From: a virus
Taxonomy: Duplodnaviria; Caudoviricetes
Reading direction: 5' to 3' (one strand)
IMG/VR virus record: IMGVR_UViG_3300005077_000420
Location: 1-56,611 of that record
Length of the DNA stretch: 56,611 nt
In this document: piece by piece, positions 50,734 through 56,611 of the stretch
How positions within the stretch are numbered: the first letter of the stretch is position 1
Layout of the letters: the number at the start of each line of letters is the position of its first letter
Position numbers and translations under genes: made by a program
Notes under the pieces: generated by a model
Seen by the model: only the letters and a program-made list of their open reading frames with translations
Databases searched by the model: none
Told to the model about the DNA's origin: nothing

Positions 50734-50771
50734 ATTATAATCCTTATTTTATAAAACTTATTAAATACTAT

Positions 50772-51131
50772 TTATTCTTTCCAAAATTGAATTAAATTAT
50801 TTAATTTTAAACTTAAATTTGGAATATATTTTTCTTTTAATTTCAAAATATTATTATTAGATATTTGAACATCTTCTAATAATCCTTTTATTCTCCATCT
50901 TAATTTAACACAATAAAATAATCCATTTGAAAATTTATTCTGTTCCAAATAAAATTTATATTGTTTTTCATCAACTTCAACTATATTACTATTAATATTA
51001 GTTTTTAATTTTACAAAATATCGAATCATATAACCATTTTCATAATCTTCTAATACTGGAATTGGATATATTTCAGTTGGATATTTTGTTATAATATTAT
51101 CTGAATTGATATTTTTATATTGCTCTATCAT
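50772..51131 (-). CDS. hypothetical phage protein
   Basis: DYENG...RYF and LRWRIKG; lies at the end of the structural operon. Confidence 0.65.
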   Translation of the reverse strand: MIEQYKNINSDNIITKYPTEIYPIPVLEDYENGYMIRYFVKLKTNINSNIVEVDEKQYKFYLEQNKFSNGLFYCVKLRWRIKGLLEDVQISNNNILKLKEKYIPNLSLKLNNLIQFWKE

Positions 51132-51136
51132 TTATT

Positions 51137-53131
51137 TTATATTTTCTTAAAAAAACATCTTAATGTTGTAGTCCAATCATCATTTTTAATTTCATCTGAA
51201 CATTCCACAACCAAAAAAACACCATTTTTTTTATACATTGTTGGAATATTATCTAAAGTAAAACAATGACCTGGAATTATTCCAGACATACCATCAATAG
51301 TAACTGAAATTTCAATAGGATATATTGGAGTAAATCGTGTTTCATTATTTTGATTACCATTTTCAATAATATTACCATTTTCATCAAATTCAATTTTTCT
51401 ATTAATATATTCAGTTAAAATATTAATTCCTTCTTCATCATAAACAATAAGTTTTCCATATGATGGATTAGAAACTTTAGGAGTTTTTTTACTAATTATA
51501 GCTTGTCTTAATTCTTTCAAACTTATACTGAAATTTTTTTCTTTTTGTTCCGAATTTTTATCTTTATTACCTTCTTGTTTTGCATTTGATTCTGGAGGTT
51601 TTATAACATCAAAAACTCTATCTTTAATATTAGAAAATAATGAATCCATACCACCATCATTATCATCATTAAAACAAATATTAGAACCATCTTCTCGATT
51701 TCGAGTTGCAAAATATTTTAAACTTAATTGATCTGTTAATTTACTTGTTATGGATATACCAGATAATATACTTTTCCCACTATAACCTCCAAATGATAAT
51801 AATTGATCATCTCCATTTGATTCTTTTTTTGTTTTAATATTATTTATATCATCTTTTGAAGTATAATTCATATCAATAACTCGTAATATATTATCTTGAG
51901 TTGGGTCTGGTTGAATCTTAAAATTCCATATTGATGCCGCCGAATTACTCATAGCAATCAATATTTTATTTAATGCTTCATATAATGTTTCTGATGAATC
52001 AAAAATATCTTTAACATATTTTGAATTAATATATAAATTATTAATATATCCTTCATTAGTATTATCTGCATCAAAATTTTTTGCATTAGAATCTTGACCT
52101 TTTACAATTAATAATACATCTGCATTAGTAGTATATAATAATAAATCATTAGATATTTTAATATTACTACTATCAAATCTAAATAATGATTTATCATTTT
52201 GAAATTTTAATTCCATTTGATCATTTATAACCGCATTTTCTATAAAATTCCAACTCACATATATTTTATCTTCATCCAACCAAAGAAATCTTTGTTTTTT
52301 TGCAATATAAATATCTTTAGTTTTTATATATTTTTGTGATGTTCTAACATTTATAAGAGTTTCTAATTTCCCATCTGTAAAATTATCATTAATAAAAGAT
52401 TTTATTGTACTTGTTTTTTCTTTTTCAATTTGTTCAATACTACCTTGATATACTTTATCTCTATTTAAATCAAGAGTTAATAATGTTTGCCCCCATGATG
52501 TTAATTCAGTAACACAAGAATATGTTCCATCCTCATTTTCATTCCACGAAAAATTACTTATTATTCCTAAATAAGCATTCTGATTTCCATTTGATTTTTC
52601 TATAATATCTTTATATATATTTTTAAAATTATCTGCATAATTAATCAATTTATCTGAAGTATTAATATCAATAGATATTATATTTGATCCATTACTCCAT
52701 CCCCATTCCACAAATATAGATACTCCAGGACTTAACCAATATGGAGCTAAACGATCTAAATCTTCATAATTAGAACATTCCCAATTAATTGTTAATTTTC
52801 TTAATGTTGCATATTCTCCTTTACTTTCACTATGCAATGATATAATTCCAGCCATTGGTCGATCTGATATATTTCGTCCTGCTTGTTTATATATTAAATC
52901 AAATGAACCTCTCATTTGACCATTTTTTGATAATATTCCTCCAACTATTATATTATAATCACTACGAAATCCATCTTTCACATGAACTGCATTAGATACT
53001 GCTCGTATCCATATTGCTCTTGGTTTAGCTTTATGACCAAACATATTTTTTCTTTTATATAATTCTTTTCCAACCCAATCTCCATTAGTTAATGGAGTTA
53101 ATCTTGGAAATCCATTCATATTATCTATCAT
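51137..53131 (-). CDS. putative baseplate hub / tail structural protein
   Basis: PGVSIFVEWGW, GIISNFSW...DGTY.C and C-terminal TIDGMSGI..G..F...WTT; follows the LysM wedge gene. Confidence 0.6.
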   Translation of the reverse strand: MIDNMNGFPRLTPLTNGDWVGKELYKRKNMFGHKAKPRAIWIRAVSNAVHVKDGFRSDYNIIVGGILSKNGQMRGSFDLIYKQAGRNISDRPMAGIISLHSESKGEYATLRKLTINWECSNYEDLDRLAPYWLSPGVSIFVEWGWSNGSNIISIDINTSDKLINYADNFKNIYKDIIEKSNGNQNAYLGIISNFSWNENEDGTYSCVTELTSWGQTLLTLDLNRDKVYQGSIEQIEKEKTSTIKSFINDNFTDGKLETLINVRTSQKYIKTKDIYIAKKQRFLWLDEDKIYVSWNFIENAVINDQMELKFQNDKSLFRFDSSNIKISNDLLLYTTNADVLLIVKGQDSNAKNFDADNTNEGYINNLYINSKYVKDIFDSSETLYEALNKILIAMSNSAASIWNFKIQPDPTQDNILRVIDMNYTSKDDINNIKTKKESNGDDQLLSFGGYSGKSILSGISITSKLTDQLSLKYFATRNREDGSNICFNDDNDGGMDSLFSNIKDRVFDVIKPPESNAKQEGNKDKNSEQKEKNFSISLKELRQAIISKKTPKVSNPSYGKLIVYDEEGINILTEYINRKIEFDENGNIIENGNQNNETRFTPIYPIEISVTIDGMSGIIPGHCFTLDNIPTMYKKNGVFLVVECSDEIKNDDWTTTLRCFFKKI

Positions 53132-53434
53132 TTATCTTCCTTTGTTAAGTAATTCAAAATCAGATATGATTTTTTCAATATTATTTGGAATTCGTATTTT
53201 TAATCCTGGAGTAATTGACAATGAACCTTTTATATAATTTGCATGAGCAATAATCCACCAATAAGTTACATCACCATAATATTTATAAGACAATAAATCT
53301 AATCTATCTCCAGCTTTTGAAATTAATATAATATCATTAATATCATTTTCAATTTTCGGATAAATTATTGTATTATATTTTCTAAATTTTAAATTAATAT
53401 CATTCGTTTCTTTTGCTATTAAATATCTATTCAT
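53132..53434 (-). CDS. LysM-like baseplate wedge protein (gp53/gpX-like)
   Basis: GDRLDLLSYKYYGDVTYWWIIA...PG..IRIP. Confidence 0.82.
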   Translation of the reverse strand: MNRYLIAKETNDINLKFRKYNTIIYPKIENDINDIILISKAGDRLDLLSYKYYGDVTYWWIIAHANYIKGSLSITPGLKIRIPNNIEKIISDFELLNKGR

Positions 53435-53438
53435 TTAA

Positions 53439-55328
53439 TTACTCCAATTTATTTATTACTGAATAAAAATCACTATTTGAACCAATAGGTTCAGCATTTA
53501 ATGAAAATGGAATAAATGTTGTAGATATAGTCATATATCGTGGAACTTTTGCCATTTTAATGTCACTATTATAATAACCATCAATTGCAGGTTGATTATC
53601 TCTAATTTCCCAAGAAACATCATCAGAATAATTTATATTTATATTTCCATGTAATATTCCATGAACATTATCAAATAAATCTCCAATTGTTAATTTTATA
53701 AATGGAGCTTCCATATATTTTCCAACAGATTGTAAATTTTTATATACTGGATAACACAATCCTATTAAAGCATTTACTTTATCATATACTGATTTCATTT
53801 CAGATGGAGATGTAATCATAATTATAAAACTAAAAGCAAATGATCTTTCTGCTCCAGTATAAACATATAATTTATCTGCTCTACCAATATATTTTTTAGA
53901 ATTCCATTCAGGATTTATAGAATCTGACATACTATTTAATGTTGCTCTAAATATTATTGTTTTTCCAGTATTAACATGATAAAATTTAAATGGTATAATA
54001 TCAATAACTCCATCTGCATCTTTTGAATAATCATCTCCATATTTAATTTCATTTATACTATCTTTTTTTCCTAAACCTAATCCTTTAACTTCATAAACTT
54101 TTCTATCTATAACTCTTTCACTATAATTTAAATTTTGTCCTTTTCGAATTACATTTATATCTCCATAAGACATACGATATTCTTCAATTACTCCAGTTTG
54201 TGGATTAATTTTATTTTTTAATTTAGTTATTGCTTGTATATCAGATGTTTTTGCAAATGTTATTCCTTTAGATAAATTTACTTGATCACTATTACCATCA
54301 CTTATTTTATTAATATTAGTTAATAAATCAGTTAATGGACTTTTATTATCCATAAAATTATATTCAATTACATTATTATTATTTGTAATTATTCTAATTG
54401 TTTTACCATTATTAATAGAATATGGATATGATAAATTATATGTATTAAAATATTTTATTTTATTACTATCTGAAATTTGTTGACTACCATAACCAAAATA
54501 TGATAAAACTGTACCAACAAATGGAACTGACGTTAATACACTCTGTAAATATGCAGAACCTCCACTTTTTTTAATAGTAATTTGACCATCTAACGGTGGA
54601 TTTATTGCTGTAGAAGATGTATATTTTATAGCATTTTTAGCTAAACCTATATTTATATTCATTTCTTCTTTCGGAGTAACTCTATTAGATATAGGTAATC
54701 CAGCACCATCTGCACCTATTGGAAATTTATATCTATTTGGATTTATTTTTTTCCATACCTCAGATTTTGACATAAATTCTGTTGATGATTTTGCAAAATC
54801 TTGACTATATTTTGAATTATTAATAAATTCCATATTTGTTAATGGAGATTGATGAATATTTCTACTTCCATCAATTCTAATATAATCACTATATTGTTCT
54901 GGAACATTAAATGGTAATGGAATACCAAATAAAGATGATAATGTCATGTGTCGTCTTTCATGAAAACCAACAAATGGTATAGTATTACTAAATATTGATA
55001 CTGGATTATATATTTTTGTTTCTAATGATGGATTTAAAGTTTGTAATATTTGTTGATTTAATCCAAACATTAATCCTTTTGAACTAAGTAACCATTTTGT
55101 AATTTCTTTAGCTCTTGTTAATGTATAATTTAATTTTCCAGAATATTGATCTGCTATTTCATTTGGTTTTATTGATAAAATTTGTTCTGTTCCTGGATAA
55201 TAATATGGTGATTTTTGATATGCAGTTTTAGCATATCCTTTTATTATACTTTCATCTGTAATTGGATTTTCCGAATTTTGTATCGGAGCAGATTTTTTTT
55301 TATTAAATAAATCAATTAATTTAGCCAA
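53439..55328 (-). CDS. baseplate / tail-tube initiator-like protein
   Basis: C-terminal FRATL..D...W...Y.GRA...Y.YTGAERS..FSF...LTIGD; TTG start. Confidence 0.6.
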   Translation of the reverse strand: MAKLIDLFNKKKSAPIQNSENPITDESIIKGYAKTAYQKSPYYYPGTEQILSIKPNEIADQYSGKLNYTLTRAKEITKWLLSSKGLMFGLNQQILQTLNPSLETKIYNPVSIFSNTIPFVGFHERRHMTLSSLFGIPLPFNVPEQYSDYIRIDGSRNIHQSPLTNMEFINNSKYSQDFAKSSTEFMSKSEVWKKINPNRYKFPIGADGAGLPISNRVTPKEEMNINIGLAKNAIKYTSSTAINPPLDGQITIKKSGGSAYLQSVLTSVPFVGTVLSYFGYGSQQISDSNKIKYFNTYNLSYPYSINNGKTIRIITNNNNVIEYNFMDNKSPLTDLLTNINKISDGNSDQVNLSKGITFAKTSDIQAITKLKNKINPQTGVIEEYRMSYGDINVIRKGQNLNYSERVIDRKVYEVKGLGLGKKDSINEIKYGDDYSKDADGVIDIIPFKFYHVNTGKTIIFRATLNSMSDSINPEWNSKKYIGRADKLYVYTGAERSFAFSFIIMITSPSEMKSVYDKVNALIGLCYPVYKNLQSVGKYMEAPFIKLTIGDLFDNVHGILHGNININYSDDVSWEIRDNQPAIDGYYNSDIKMAKVPRYMTISTTFIPFSLNAEPIGSNSDFYSVINKLE

Positions 55329-55342
55329 TTTTTATACTCCCA

Positions 55343-56611
55343 TTATATTTTTCTTGTATTTTTAGCAATAAATTCTGCTAATTTAGCACCATTTATATTC
55401 ATATCAACTCCAGATTCAAATAATGCAATTAATCTTTGTAATAATTCATATATATCATCTATATTTTTATTAGAAATAGATTTATCAACATATTGCTTAT
55501 CATATTGAATAGTTTCATCTTTTTTCGTATTAATAGTTGAAAATCCATTATTATTTTCATCTGTTATAGTGGGAACATTAGACATTTGTGGATTTAATAT
55601 TGTATTAATAGATGAAGCCACATTAGATAATGGAGTAGATAATTTTGCAATATCATTTAATTGAGTAACTATTGTTTTTCCAGGAAGTAATGATGAAACA
55701 AAAGTTTCAATTTGACTTCCAGCAGAAGATACTGAAAATAATGTTACTGCTCCAGCTAATGTTGTTATTGCAACCGCAGTTTTCATTAAATCAGTAGACA
55801 TTAATGCTAATTTTTCAAAATTATTAACAAGACCAGAAAATCCATCAAATATACCTTTCATTACTGATGTTATTACATTACCAATACCTTTAATAATATT
55901 AACAATACCATTAAATATATTATTTATACTATTTGAAATTGAATTAAATATTTTAGATATTATATCTCCAATTCCAAATAAAACATTAAATATTATATTA
56001 CCAAATTCATTCATTAATGGAATAAATGATGTAATTGATTTTCCAAGAATATATATTGCACCTGCCAAAATTAACATTCCAACTGAACCAGCTATAAATA
56101 ATGGAGAAATTGAACCAAACAATGTTGCTATCATTGCAAATCCAGATATAATTGACATTGAAATTAATACATTTTTCCAATTAATATCAGAAGAAAATTG
56201 TTGCATAGCTTTACCTAATATATATAATGATCCTGCTAAAATCGTCATTCCAATTGAACCTAATATAATTTGAGCAGACATTGACGATAATAAATTAGAA
56301 ATTAAAACTAAAGACATCAATGAACCAATTCCAAAAGCAAAACTTGAAAAATCCACGTTTAAAAACTCTTGCATAGCTTTACTTAATACATATAATGATC
56401 CTGCTAAAATTGTTATTCCAATTGAACTTAATATAATTTGAGCAGACATTGACGATAATAAATTAGAAATTAAAACTAAAGACATCAATGAACCAATTCC
56501 AAAGGCAAAACCTGAAAAATCCACATTTGAAAACTCTTGCATAGCTTTACTTAACACATACAATGATCCTGCTAAAATCGTCATTCCAATTGAACCTAAT
56601 ATAATCTGAAC
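55343..56611 (-). CDS. tail tape measure protein, C-terminal part (5'-truncated by the window)
   Basis: frame stays open to the window edge (VQIILGSIG precedes the listed M); amphipathic Ala/Gly/Ser/Ile-rich repeats; upstream of baseplate genes. Confidence 0.75.
   Translation of the reverse strand, partial: VQIILGSIGMTILAGSLYVLSKAMQEFSNVDFSGFAFGIGSLMSLVLISNLLSSMSAQIILSSIGITILAGSLYVLSKAMQEFLNVDFSSFAFGIGSLMSLVLISNLLSSMSAQIILGSIGMTILAGSLYILGKAMQQFSSDINWKNVLISMSIISGFAMIATLFGSISPLFIAGSVGMLILAGAIYILGKSITSFIPLMNEFGNIIFNVLFGIGDIISKIFNSISNSINNIFNGIVNIIKGIGNVITSVMKGIFDGFSGLVNNFEKLALMSTDLMKTAVAITTLAGAVTLFSVSSAGSQIETFVSSLLPGKTIVTQLNDIAKLSTPLSNVASSINTILNPQMSNVPTITDENNNGFSTINTKKDETIQYDKQYVDKSISNKNIDDIYELLQRLIALFESGVDMNINGAKLAEFIAKNTRKI
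56200..56611. repeat. 168-bp (56-aa) near-identical tandem repeat within the tape measure gene
   Basis: GCTAAAAT anchor recurs at 56235, 56403 and 56571; about 2.4 units are visible. Confidence 0.92.

Noticed and set aside
1-56611. Alternative genetic code (stop-codon reassignment)
   Set aside because: Long conserved genes are intact under the standard code, and TAA, TAG and TGA all end genes at sensible, tightly packed positions; the one in-frame stop (29806) is TAA.
1-56611. tRNA/rRNA genes, integrase or transposase
   Set aside because: Intergenic gaps are short and AT-rich with no cloverleaf-like sequence, and no such protein motifs were recognised.

Overview
This window is a 56.6 kb segment of a very AT-rich (roughly 20-25% GC by eye) large tailed-phage genome. 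Essentially all credible genes are on the minus strand, densely packed, read with the standard genetic code, and many have AGGAG-type ribosome-binding sites. In transcription order (right to left) it holds four blocks. (1) The end of a contractile-tail module: tape measure with 168-bp tandem repeats, baseplate/tube-initiator-like protein, LysM wedge and hub. (2) A T4-like replication/recombination module: short PolA-like protein, gp32-like SSB, RecA/UvsX, 5'-3' exonuclease, DnaB/gp41 helicase, class II RNR, family B polymerase, clamp, clamp loaders, PD-(D/E)XK nuclease and two DNA methyltransferases. (3) An unusually large (~27 kb) glycan synthesis/modification island with many glycosyltransferases, three DegT-family enzymes, ColC/Fcl- and RmlD-like reductases, O-methyltransferases, a sulfotransferase and a deacetylase. 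(4) Small accessory genes including MazG, a pyrimidine-dimer glycosylase and ThyX. The most striking observation is a stand-alone Cas7/RAMP-like gene (4680-5228) with no other cas genes or CRISPR array in the window. It is immediately preceded by a GC-rich non-coding tract of seven 5-nt units (constant YGT triplet plus variable dinucleotide, 5245-5279), a candidate minimal RNA-guided system. All family assignments come from motif recognition by eye; no searches were run.
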